Assembly: GCA_020635695.1 (NCBI GenBank)
Contig: JACJZH010000005.1
Span: 174,961-238,960 of the forward strand
Direction of reading: 5' to 3'
DNA from: Flavobacteriales bacterium
GTDB taxonomy: Bacteria; Bacteroidota; Bacteroidia; Flavobacteriales_F; PHOS-HE28
DNA: 64,000 bases
Each line of letters opens with the position of its first letter. Position 1 is the stretch's first letter. Both the position numbers and the translations under genes were made by a program. Shown piece by piece: positions 56,452-64,000 of this stretch. The notes beneath the pieces were generated by a model that was not told the DNA's origin, did no database searches, and worked only from the letters and a program-made list of their open reading frames with translations.

Positions 56452-59400
56452 ATGTCCAACGAGAACGGAAAGAGCTACCAGGACAAACGCTTCGGGCTCA
56501 GCTCGTGGGCCGTGGACAACCGGGCCACCGTGATGGTGCTCGGCATCCTGATCGCCCTCATCGGCTGGAACGCCTACCAGAGCATGCCCCGGGAGGCATT
56601 CCCCGAGGTGGTGACCCCCGAGATCTTCGTGAGCACCGTGTACCCCGGCAACTCGCCGGAGGACATGGAGAAGCTCATCACGCGCCCGCTGGAGAAGGAG
56701 ATCAAGACCATCACCGGGCTCGATGAGGTGCTCAGCACCAGCGTGCAGGGCTACAGCACCATCGACATCAAGTTCGACTTCAGCGTGGAGCCCAGCGAGG
56801 CCCTGCGCAAGGTGAAGGACGCCGTGGACAAGGCCAAGGCCGATCCCGACTTCCCCACCGACCTGCCGGCCGACCCCAACGTGTTCGAGATGAACTTCTC
56901 GGAGATGATGCCGGTGATGAACATCAACCTGAGCGGCGACTACAGCCTGGACCAGCTGAACACCTGGGCCGAGGACCTGGAGGACAAGCTCGAGGACCTG
57001 GAGGAGGTGAACAAGGTGGAGATCCGCGGCGTGCCCAAGAAGGAGCTGCGCATCAGCCTGGACCTGCCCAAGATGGAGGCCCGCGAGATCAGCTTCCAGG
57101 ACGTGGCCTCCGCCGTGCAGAGCGAGAACGTGAGCGTGAGCGGTGGCGAGGTGCTGCTGGACGGCCTGCGCCGCAGCATCAGCGTGGACGGCGAGTTCAA
57201 CGACCCCGAGGACGTGCGCCAGATCATCGTGAAGCAGGAGAACCTGGACATCGTGCGCCTGGGCGAGATCGCCGACGTGGCCTTCACCTACGTGGAACCC
57301 ACCAGCTACGCCCGCGAGTTCGGCCAGCCCGTGGTGATGCTCGACATCATCAAGCGCAGCGGCCGCAACCTGCTCGTGGCCAGCGACAGCGTGAACGCGC
57401 TGCTGCACCGCTTCGAGCGGGACGTGTTCCCCAAGGACCTCACCGTCACCATCACCGGCGACCTCAGCGACCAGACCCGCACCCAGGTGGACGAGCTGGA
57501 GAACTCCATCATCTTCGGCGTGCTGCTGGTGGTGGGCGTGCTCATGTTCTTCCTGGGCCTGCGCAACGCCGTGTTCGTGGGCATCGCCATCCCCATGAGC
57601 ATGCTGCTCAGCTTCATCCTGCTGAACGCGCTGGGCTACACCCTGAACATGATGGTGCTCTTCGCCCTGGTGCTCGCCCTGGGCATGCTCGTGGACAACG
57701 GCATCGTGGTGATCGAGAACACCCACCGCCTGATGAGCGAGGGGCAGTCGCCGATCCGCGCCGCCAAGAACGGCATCGGCGAGGTGGCCTGGCCGATCAT
57801 CGCCAGCACGGCCACCACGGTGGCGGTGTTCGTGCCGCTGCTGTTGTGGCCCGGCATGATGGGCGAGTTCATGAAGTTCCTGCCCATCACGCTCATGGTG
57901 GTGCTCGCATCCTCGCTCTTCGTGGGCCTGGTGATCAACCCCATGCTCGCCTCGCGCTACATGAAGGTGGAGCAGGAGGGCCCCACACGCTTCCTCACCT
58001 TCAAGGTGGGTGGCTGGATGACCGCGCTCGGTGCCGTGTTCAGCCTGGCGGGCCATTTCGGCGACATGAAGGCGCTCTTCACGCTGGGCAACCTGGCCCT
58101 GGCCTTCGGGCTCTTCGGTTACCTGAACCACTACGTGCTCTACCCGGCCAGCGTGCGTTTCCAGGAACGCACCATGCCGCGCCTGGAGGAGCGCTACCGC
58201 GTTTTCCTGCAATGGGTGCTGGCGGGCGGTCGCCCCAAATGGATGTTCCTCGGCACCATCGGGCTGCTGTTCCTCTCCTTCATCCTCACCGGCATGTTCC
58301 CGCCGAACACGCTGTTCTTCCCGGTGAACGAACCGCTGTACGTCAACGTGTTCATCGAGAAGCCGGTGGGCACCGACATCAATGAGACCGACGCCACCAC
58401 CCGTGAGGTGGAACGCCGGGTGTTCGAGGTGCTGGCCGATCCCCGGTACAACGACATGGTCACCGACACGCTGCCGGACGGGAGCGTGGTGGAACGCTCG
58501 CAGAACTTCATGGTGAGCTCGGTGATCGCCCAGGTGGGCGAGGGCACCAGCGATCCCATGGCCGGCCCCAGCTTCGATGCCACGCCGCACAAGGGCCGTG
58601 TGCAGGTGAGCTTCGTGAAGTACGCCGAACGCCGCGGCTTGCGCTCACTGCATGTGATGGAGGAGATCCGCCAGGCCGTACGTGGCGTGCCGGGCGTTTC
58701 CGTGGTGGTGGACAAGGACGCCGCGGGTCCGCCCGTGGGCAAGGCCATCAACCTGGAGATCAAGGGCGACGACGTGCTGGCCCTGATCGAGGAGGGTGAG
58801 AAGGTGCGCCGCTTCCTGGACGACCAGCACATCGCCATGGTGGAGGAGCTGAAGCTGGACGTGGAACTGGGCAAGCCCGAGATGCCCATCGAGATCGACC
58901 GCGCCAAGGCCCGCCGCTACAACGTGAGCACCTATGCCATCGGCGATGCGTTGCGCACAGCGCTCTACGGCCGTGAGGTGAGCACCTACAAGCAGGGCGA
59001 GGACGACTATCCGGTGAACATCCGCCTGAAGGACGAGTACCGCTACGATCCCGAGGCGCTCACCAGCATGCGCGTCACCTTCCGCGACCAGACCAACGGA
59101 CAGATCCGGCAGGTGCCGATCAGCGCCCTGGCCACCCCGCGGTACACCAGCACCTTCAGCGCCGTGAAGCGGAAGGACCTCAAGCGCATGGTACAGGTGC
59201 AGAGCAACGTCACCGACGAGTTCAAGAAGGAGCAGGTGGTGAACAACGTGATCGCCGCCTTCGCCAACTACCCGAAGGACCCACGCTTCACCTACGCGTT
59301 CACCGGCGAACTGGAGGAGCAGGCCAAGCAGATGAGCTTCCTGAGCACCGCGCTCATGATCGCCGTGTTCCTGATCTTCATGATCATCGTGGCGCAGTTC

Positions 59401-59997
59401 AACAGTGCGGCCATCCCCGGGATCATCGTCAGCTCGGTGGTCTTCAGCCTGATCGGCGTCTTCCTGGGCCTGCTGATCTTCCGCATGGAGTTCGTGATCA
59501 TGATGACGATGGTGGGCATCATCTCCCTGGCCGGCATCGTGGTGAACAACGCCATCGTGCTGGTGGACTTCATGATCCTGCTGCAGACGCGGCGGAAGAA
59601 GCAGCTGGGCATGAGCGATGAGGAGCGCCTGCCGATGCACGAGGTGCTGGCCACCATCGAGGAGGCCGGTGCCCGCCGTCTGCGCCCGGTGTTGCTCACG
59701 GCCATCACCACGGTGCTGGGCCTGATCCCGCTGGCCATCGGCATCAACATCAACTTCTTCACCCTCTTCAGCGAGCTGGATCCGCAGTTCGTGCTGGGCG
59801 GTGACAACACGATCTTCTGGGGCCCCATGAGCTGGACGGTGATCTTCGGACTGGTGTTCGCCACCTTCCTCACCCTGGTGATCGTGCCGGTCATGTTCCT
59901 GCTGCTCACCAAGGTCATGTACCGCTTCATCCCGGTGCGTTCCGAGGATGTGACCTCGACACGACCCGTTGCTGCGCACGACGGCATCGAGGCCTGA
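56452..59997 (+). CDS. Efflux RND permease (AcrB/AcrD/AcrF family)
   Basis: 1181 aa with a 12-TM RND layout, the GMLVDNGIVVIEN motif, and an extra hydrophobic hairpin between TM6 and TM7. Confidence 0.95.
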   Translation: MSNENGKSYQDKRFGLSSWAVDNRATVMVLGILIALIGWNAYQSMPREAFPEVVTPEIFVSTVYPGNSPEDMEKLITRPLEKEIKTITGLDEVLSTSVQGYSTIDIKFDFSVEPSEALRKVKDAVDKAKADPDFPTDLPADPNVFEMNFSEMMPVMNINLSGDYSLDQLNTWAEDLEDKLEDLEEVNKVEIRGVPKKELRISLDLPKMEAREISFQDVASAVQSENVSVSGGEVLLDGLRRSISVDGEFNDPEDVRQIIVKQENLDIVRLGEIADVAFTYVEPTSYAREFGQPVVMLDIIKRSGRNLLVASDSVNALLHRFERDVFPKDLTVTITGDLSDQTRTQVDELENSIIFGVLLVVGVLMFFLGLRNAVFVGIAIPMSMLLSFILLNALGYTLNMMVLFALVLALGMLVDNGIVVIENTHRLMSEGQSPIRAAKNGIGEVAWPIIASTATTVAVFVPLLLWPGMMGEFMKFLPITLMVVLASSLFVGLVINPMLASRYMKVEQEGPTRFLTFKVGGWMTALGAVFSLAGHFGDMKALFTLGNLALAFGLFGYLNHYVLYPASVRFQERTMPRLEERYRVFLQWVLAGGRPKWMFLGTIGLLFLSFILTGMFPPNTLFFPVNEPLYVNVFIEKPVGTDINETDATTREVERRVFEVLADPRYNDMVTDTLPDGSVVERSQNFMVSSVIAQVGEGTSDPMAGPSFDATPHKGRVQVSFVKYAERRGLRSLHVMEEIRQAVRGVPGVSVVVDKDAAGPPVGKAINLEIKGDDVLALIEEGEKVRRFLDDQHIAMVEELKLDVELGKPEMPIEIDRAKARRYNVSTYAIGDALRTALYGREVSTYKQGEDDYPVNIRLKDEYRYDPEALTSMRVTFRDQTNGQIRQVPISALATPRYTSTFSAVKRKDLKRMVQVQSNVTDEFKKEQVVNNVIAAFANYPKDPRFTYAFTGELEEQAKQMSFLSTALMIAVFLIFMIIVAQFNSAAIPGIIVSSVVFSLIGVFLGLLIFRMEFVIMMTMVGIISLAGIVVNNAIVLVDFMILLQTRRKKQLGMSDEERLPMHEVLATIEEAGARRLRPVLLTAITTVLGLIPLAIGININFFTLFSELDPQFVLGGDNTIFWGPMSWTVIFGLVFATFLTLVIVPVMFLLLTKVMYRFIPVRSEDVTSTRPVAAHDGIEA

Positions 59998-60019
59998 GGC
60001 GACAGGCCCCGCTATCTTC

Positions 60020-60050
60020 GGAACGGCCCTTCCCAGCGGAGGGCCGTTCC
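60020..60050 (+). terminator. Strong hairpin between the RND stop and the DASS start (terminator or 5'-UTR element)
   Basis: A perfect 11-bp stem pairs GGAACGGCCCT with AGGGCCGTTCC around a 9-nt loop. There is no U-tract, and the hairpin ends 4 nt before the ATG at 60055. Confidence 0.45.
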
Positions 60051-60054
60051 GCGT

Positions 60055-61500
60055 ATGAAGCGCCCGCTGTTCCTGCTCGCCGGCCCGATCGCCGGGCTGC
60101 TCGTCCGCTTCCTGCTGGCGCACCACGGCCCGGATGCGGCCACCATGGCCGGGCTCGTGGCGTGGATCGCCGTCTGGTGGATCTCCGAGGCGGTGCCCAT
60201 CGCGGTCACCAGCCTGCTGCCGCTGGTGTGCTTCCCGCTGTTCGGCATCGCGGGACTGGGCGACACGGCCGCCAACTACGGCAAGGAGATCATCTTCCTC
60301 TTCCTGGGTGGCTTCCTGCTGGCCCTGGGCATCGAGCGCAGCGGGTTGCACCGCCGCATCGCCCTGTGGACCGTGCTGAAGCTCGGCGGTTCACCGGCGC
60401 GCCTGGTGCTCGGCATCATGGTGGCCAGTGCGCTGCTCAGCATGTGGATCAACAGCACCGCCACCGTGCTCGTGATGCTGCCCATCGCCCTGAGCCTGGT
60501 GGATGGCCTGGACGAGGACCACGGCCGCGAACGCCTGGCCGTTCCCCTGCTGCTGGGCGTCAGCTACGGGGCCTCGATCGGCGGCATGGCCACACCGGTG
60601 GGCACACCACCCAACCTGGTGCTGCTGCAACTGTGGGAGGAGCTGTTCCCCGGCCGTCCGCGCATCGGTTTCGGACAGTGGATGAGCTTCGGGATCCCGT
60701 TCGCCATCGTGTTCCTGGGCCTTTCCTGGTGGCTGCTCGTGCGCTGGCTGGAACCGGTGAAGGGCATCCAGCTGGAGGGCCGCGATGCCGTGCGTGAGCG
60801 GTTGCGCGAGCTTGGCCGGCCCACCCGCGATGAGCGCTGGAGCGGGATCGTCTTCGCCATCACCGCGTTGTTGTGGGTCACCGGCGATGGTCTCTCGTTC
60901 GGCGGACTCGACCTGCCTGGTTGGCGGGATGTTCCGATGCTCGCACCGGTGGGTGATCCCGCGGTGGCGGTCGCGGGTGCGGTCCTGCTGTTCATCCTTC
61001 CGCAGGCGCACGGCAACGGACGGTTGCTGGAATGGGACTGGGCGGAGAAGCGGCTTCCCTGGGGTGTGCTGTTGCTGATCGGAGCGGGCATGGCACTGGC
61101 CATGGGCATCGCCCGCAGTGGATTGGACCAGGTGATCGGCGGCGCCATGCAGGCCTTCGGCAACTGGCCTGTTCCGCTGATGCTGCTTGCGCTGGTGGGT
61201 GTCGTCTGCCTGTTGAGCGAGCTCGGAAGCAACACCGCCACCGCCAGCCTGGTGCTGCCGATCCTGGCGCGCACGGCCGAGAGTTGGGGCAGCGACCCGG
61301 TGCTGTTGCTGGTGCCCGCCACCCTCGCGGCCAGCCTGGGCTTCATGCTGCCGGTGGCCAGCCCCATGCAGACGATCGTCTTCGCCACCGGGCGCATTCC
61401 CGTGCGGCGGATGGTCAGGGCCGGCCTCTGGATCGATGCGGCGGGCGCCGTGGTGTTGGTCGCCCTCTACCTGTTGCTGGGCAGGCTGGTGTTCGCCTGA
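60055..61500 (+). CDS. SLC13/DASS family anion:sodium symporter
   Basis: 481 aa. AWIAVWWISEAVPIAVTSLLPLV is present, together with the SNTAT hairpin motif. Confidence 0.85.
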   Translation: MKRPLFLLAGPIAGLLVRFLLAHHGPDAATMAGLVAWIAVWWISEAVPIAVTSLLPLVCFPLFGIAGLGDTAANYGKEIIFLFLGGFLLALGIERSGLHRRIALWTVLKLGGSPARLVLGIMVASALLSMWINSTATVLVMLPIALSLVDGLDEDHGRERLAVPLLLGVSYGASIGGMATPVGTPPNLVLLQLWEELFPGRPRIGFGQWMSFGIPFAIVFLGLSWWLLVRWLEPVKGIQLEGRDAVRERLRELGRPTRDERWSGIVFAITALLWVTGDGLSFGGLDLPGWRDVPMLAPVGDPAVAVAGAVLLFILPQAHGNGRLLEWDWAEKRLPWGVLLLIGAGMALAMGIARSGLDQVIGGAMQAFGNWPVPLMLLALVGVVCLLSELGSNTATASLVLPILARTAESWGSDPVLLLVPATLAASLGFMLPVASPMQTIVFATGRIPVRRMVRAGLWIDAAGAVVLVALYLLLGRLVFA

Positions 61501-62024
61501 TCGGCGTTCACGTCGCGTTCAATGAGCGCCTGGTGGTGCTCGGCGTGGTAGCAGGTGAAATGGAACAGCTCACGCAGGGTGATCTTTCCGAGCAGCGGGT
61601 GAGGGACCAGGTAGCTGTCCATCCTGCGATCCGACCAGCGGGTTGACCTCCGGGCCAGGATCTCGACGTGTTCCGTGATCGCTGCCTGCAGGTCCTTGAG
61701 TCCGTTCTCGTCCACCTGCTTCGGCACGAACCGGGAAGGTGCCCTTCCGCCGGCCGACAGCTTTTCGCGGTAGCGGGCCACCAGCGCGTCGTAGTCCCTG
61801 CCCGGGCGGTTCGGCCTGCCGAAACGCCAGCGGAGCAGGATCGGAGGCAGCCCAAGCGCCTTGTTCGTCAATGCGAGTCCGATCCGGATGTGCTCCAGGT
61901 GCTGGGCCGGGCTCCACTTGCCGTTGGCGGGTGCGGTCCGCACCCCCTCGGGAAGCGCGGTCACGGTCGCGATCAGTGCATCGTGCGTGGCACGCAGCCG
62001 CTCGGCGATCGCCTGGCCCGTCAT
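61467..62024 (-). CDS. DinB family protein
   Basis: 185 aa from the ATG at 62024, with a His triad context (AQHLEHI ... CYHAEHH). It is the C-terminal part of the listed 435-aa ORF. Confidence 0.6.
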   Translation of the reverse strand: MTGQAIAERLRATHDALIATVTALPEGVRTAPANGKWSPAQHLEHIRIGLALTNKALGLPPILLRWRFGRPNRPGRDYDALVARYREKLSAGGRAPSRFVPKQVDENGLKDLQAAITEHVEILARRSTRWSDRRMDSYLVPHPLLGKITLRELFHFTCYHAEHHQALIERDVNADQANTSLPSNR

Positions 62025-62026
62025 GG

Positions 62027-62440
62027 TCACATGGTCGCGATCACCTTCAATTCGATGGCGATCGGTGTGGGCAGGCAGTTGATCTCCACCGTGGTGCGGC
62101 AGGGCCGGTTGTCCTTGAAGTACTCGGCGTAGATCCGGTTGTAGGTGGCGAAGTCGTCCTTCATGTTGGTCAGGAACACCGTCACGTCCACGATCTTGTC
62201 CCAACTGCTGCCTGCATCCTCCAGGATGTAGCGGATGTTGCGGAACACGCTGTGGCACTGCGCTTCGATGTCGTAGGAGGCGATGTTCCCTTCCGCGTCC
62301 AACTCCACGCCGGGGATCTTCTTGGTACCGCGTTCCCGGGGACCCACTCCGCTCAGGAACAACAGGTCGCCCACGCGCCGGGCGTGAGGGTACAGGCCCA
62401 CGGGTTCGGGTGCCTTGCTGCTTTCGATGGCCTCGCTCAT
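62027..62440 (-). CDS. RidA (YjgF/TdcF) family protein
   Basis: 137 aa from the ATG at 62440 (SKAPEPVGLYPHARRVGDLLFLSG...CRTTVEINCLPTPIAIELKVIA). Confidence 0.85.
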   Translation of the reverse strand: MSEAIESSKAPEPVGLYPHARRVGDLLFLSGVGPRERGTKKIPGVELDAEGNIASYDIEAQCHSVFRNIRYILEDAGSSWDKIVDVTVFLTNMKDDFATYNRIYAEYFKDNRPCRTTVEINCLPTPIAIELKVIATM

Positions 62441-62752
62441 GCCACGAAGATCCGCCTTCCACCGGGAACGGAAAAGGGCCCGTCCCCGGACCCTTCCCGT
62501 CACGACCGCGCACCGGATGTCCGCCACCGACCCCGCCGGCTGAGCGGTGGTCCGGCCCTCCCGGGCCTTGTCCGAAGGTGACGGACGAAGGAGCGCTCCT
62601 GCTCGGAACCACTCCACCGTTGGCATGCGCGACCGCGTGTATGGAAAGAACGTATCGCGAAGGTCCGCGGCGCTTGTTAGCAAGACGTTGGCCGCGTGTG
62701 AAAGGTTCTTCCCCGGGCCGCGGGTTATTCACCGGCCATGAACAGGCCCCTT

Positions 62753-62829
62753 GAACGAACTTCGCGTACGGCACGTCGTTCTTTCACCGGCGAAGAACGA
62801 CCTTCAACCTTCAACCAGCAACGTTCAAC
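62753..62829 (+). promoter_or_regulatory. Structured leader with alternative hairpins and a TTCAAC triple repeat upstream of the aldo/keto reductase gene
   Basis: GTCGTTCTT (62775-62783) pairs with AAGAACGAC (62793-62801). The same TCGTTC segment can instead pair with GAACGA at 62753-62760. TTCAAC occurs at 62803, 62810 and 62824. Confidence 0.3.
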
Positions 62830-62841
62830 GTCCCCCCACCC

Positions 62842-63825
62842 ATGCGCTACCGCCACCTCGGAAATAGCGGCCTCCAGGTCAGTGAACTGAGCCTGGGCAG
62901 CTGGCTCACCTTCGGCAAGCAGATCGGCGACACCACCGCCGAACAGCTCATGAAGATCGCCTACGACAACGGCATCAACTTCTTCGACAACGCCGAGATC
63001 TACGCCCGCGGCGAGAGCGAGAAGGTCATGGGCAAGGTGCTGAAGAAGATGAAGTGGCCGCGCGACACCTGGACCGTGAGCAGCAAGGTGTTCTTCGGTG
63101 CCGGCGGCAAGCTGCCCACCCAGCGCGGGCTGCACCGCAAGCACGTGGTGGAGGCCTGCCACGCCGCGCTCAAGCGCCTGCAGGTGGACTACCTGGACCT
63201 GTACTTCTGCCACCGGCCGGACAAGAGCACGCCCATCGAGGAGACCGTCTGGACCATGCACCAGCTGATCATGCAGGGCAAGGTGCTCTACTGGGGCACC
63301 AGCGAGTGGAGCGCGCAGGAGATCACCGAGGCGCACATGGTCGCCCGCCAGCACCACCTGATCGGTCCCGTCATGGAGCAGCCGCAGTACAACATGTTCC
63401 ACCGCGACAAGGTGGAGGTGGAGTTCGGACAGCTTTACCAGGGCGTGGGCCTGGGCACCACCATCTGGAGCCCGCTCGCCAGCGGCATTCTTACGGGGAA
63501 GCACAAGGAGAAAGCAGCCGCCCGCACCCGCCTCACCATGCAGGGGCTCGACTGGTTGCGCGAACGCGAACTGACCAAAGAGCGTCTGAAAAAGGTGGAT
63601 AAGCTGATGAAGATCTCGAATGGATTGGGCCTCAGCATGCCGGTCTTCGCCCTGGCATGGTGCCTCAAGAATCCGCACGTGAGCACGGTGATCCTTGGCG
63701 CCAGCAAGACCGCCCAGCTGAAGGAGAACCTCAAGGCCGTGGAGGCCCAGGACCTGCTGACGCCCGAGGTGATGGCGAAGGTGGAGAAGGTGCTGGACAA
63801 TGCGCCCAAGCGGCCGGAATGGTGA
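62842..63825 (+). CDS. Aldo/keto reductase, Kv-beta-subunit-like
   Basis: 327 aa with MRYRHLGNSGLQVSELSLGSW...FFDNAEIYARGESE...LYFCHRPD. Confidence 0.9.
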   Translation: MRYRHLGNSGLQVSELSLGSWLTFGKQIGDTTAEQLMKIAYDNGINFFDNAEIYARGESEKVMGKVLKKMKWPRDTWTVSSKVFFGAGGKLPTQRGLHRKHVVEACHAALKRLQVDYLDLYFCHRPDKSTPIEETVWTMHQLIMQGKVLYWGTSEWSAQEITEAHMVARQHHLIGPVMEQPQYNMFHRDKVEVEFGQLYQGVGLGTTIWSPLASGILTGKHKEKAAARTRLTMQGLDWLRERELTKERLKKVDKLMKISNGLGLSMPVFALAWCLKNPHVSTVILGASKTAQLKENLKAVEAQDLLTPEVMAKVEKVLDNAPKRPEW

Positions 63826-63828
63826 AGC

Positions 63829-64000
63829 CATGAGGATCTTCCTGTTCCTCCTGGTGCTGCTGGCCTACCAGGCCACCGCCCAGACCACCCACGTCATCCG
63901 CGGGCTCGACTTCTACTACGACCCGGACACGGTGGTCATGGTCACCGGCGACAGCATCAAGTTCCAGACACAGGGCATCCACGACATGGTGCAGACCGAC
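63829..64000 (+). CDS. Secreted protein, 3'-truncated by the window edge, possibly cupredoxin-like
   Basis: The hand-translated sequence from the ATG at 63829 is MRIFLFLLVLLAYQATAQTTHVIRGLDFYYDPDTVVMVTGDSIKFQTQGIHDMVQTD. The F.Y.P..v.V..GD.I.F...G.H pattern resembles a plastocyanin-like N-terminus. Confidence 0.35.

Noticed and set aside
62441-62740. Possible RNase P RNA, tmRNA, SRP RNA or ZTP riboswitch. The minus strand has GGGAAGGGTCCGGGG (compare GAGGAAAGUCCGGGC) and GGTCGTGAC (compare the ZTP GGGUCGUGAC).
   Set aside because: Only isolated short resemblances were found. The partner motifs are missing: ACAGAACCCGGCUUA, a tRNA-like TCCACCA end, GGAAGCAGCC and CCGCCUGGGC. The ridA context also does not fit a ZTP regulon. 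The question needs cmscan to settle, so the region is kept as an unexplained finding.

Overview
All calls below come from reading the ORF translations and the DNA by eye. No database, HMM or folding search was run.

**What the window is.** This is gene-dense chromosomal DNA from a visibly GC-rich bacterium (roughly two-thirds G+C by eye, not computed). I place it in the Bacteroidota/FCB group on four grounds:
- Type IX secretion (T9SS) hallmarks are present: type-A and type-B C-terminal sorting domains, a PorP/SprF gene and a PorW/SprE-like lipoprotein.
- The ATP synthase operon is split, with atpBEFHAG present and no atpDC.
- rpoN (sigma-54) is present.
- Bacteroidetes-style TAnnTTTG -7 boxes recur in intergenic DNA.

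I call about 52 protein genes and one tRNA (CAT anticodon). I recognised no rRNA, CRISPR array, transposase, integrase, phage gene or canonical defence gene.

**Contents in order.**
- A 5'-truncated giant repeat adhesin followed by its PorP/SprF partner.
- On the minus strand, a bactofilin, two small membrane proteins and atpBEFHAG.
- PorW/SprE-like, a GT-C glycosyltransferase, an M23 peptidase and a GH3-family enzyme.
- An NlpE/META lipoprotein with a coiled-coil partner.
- tsaC, an ArsC-like protein, dxr-rseP, a cation/H+ antiporter, an orphan receiver domain and a FAD oxidoreductase.
- A T9SS cargo protein and a GltS-like FMN enzyme.
- A five-gene exported cluster headed by a 2000-aa alpha-2-macroglobulin.
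- mce, another T9SS cargo protein, a HAD hydrolase, the tRNA, a second GT-C-like membrane protein, galE, a PAP2-like protein and rpoN.
- An esterase, ArsC, asnS, tetR-tolC-mfp-rnd, a DASS transporter, DinB, RidA, an aldo/keto reductase and a truncated secreted protein.

**Most promising leads.**
1. The alpha-2-macroglobulin, MAM-domain giant, lipoprotein, DUF1684 and secreted-protein cluster at 30006-41896. It lacks the classical pbpC or mag partners.
2. A bactofilin gene heading the ATP synthase operon.
3. -7 promoter boxes that abut start codons, which suggests leaderless mRNAs.
4. A 400-nt structured non-coding gap at 62441-62841.

The many long antisense ORFs in the track are GC artefacts.
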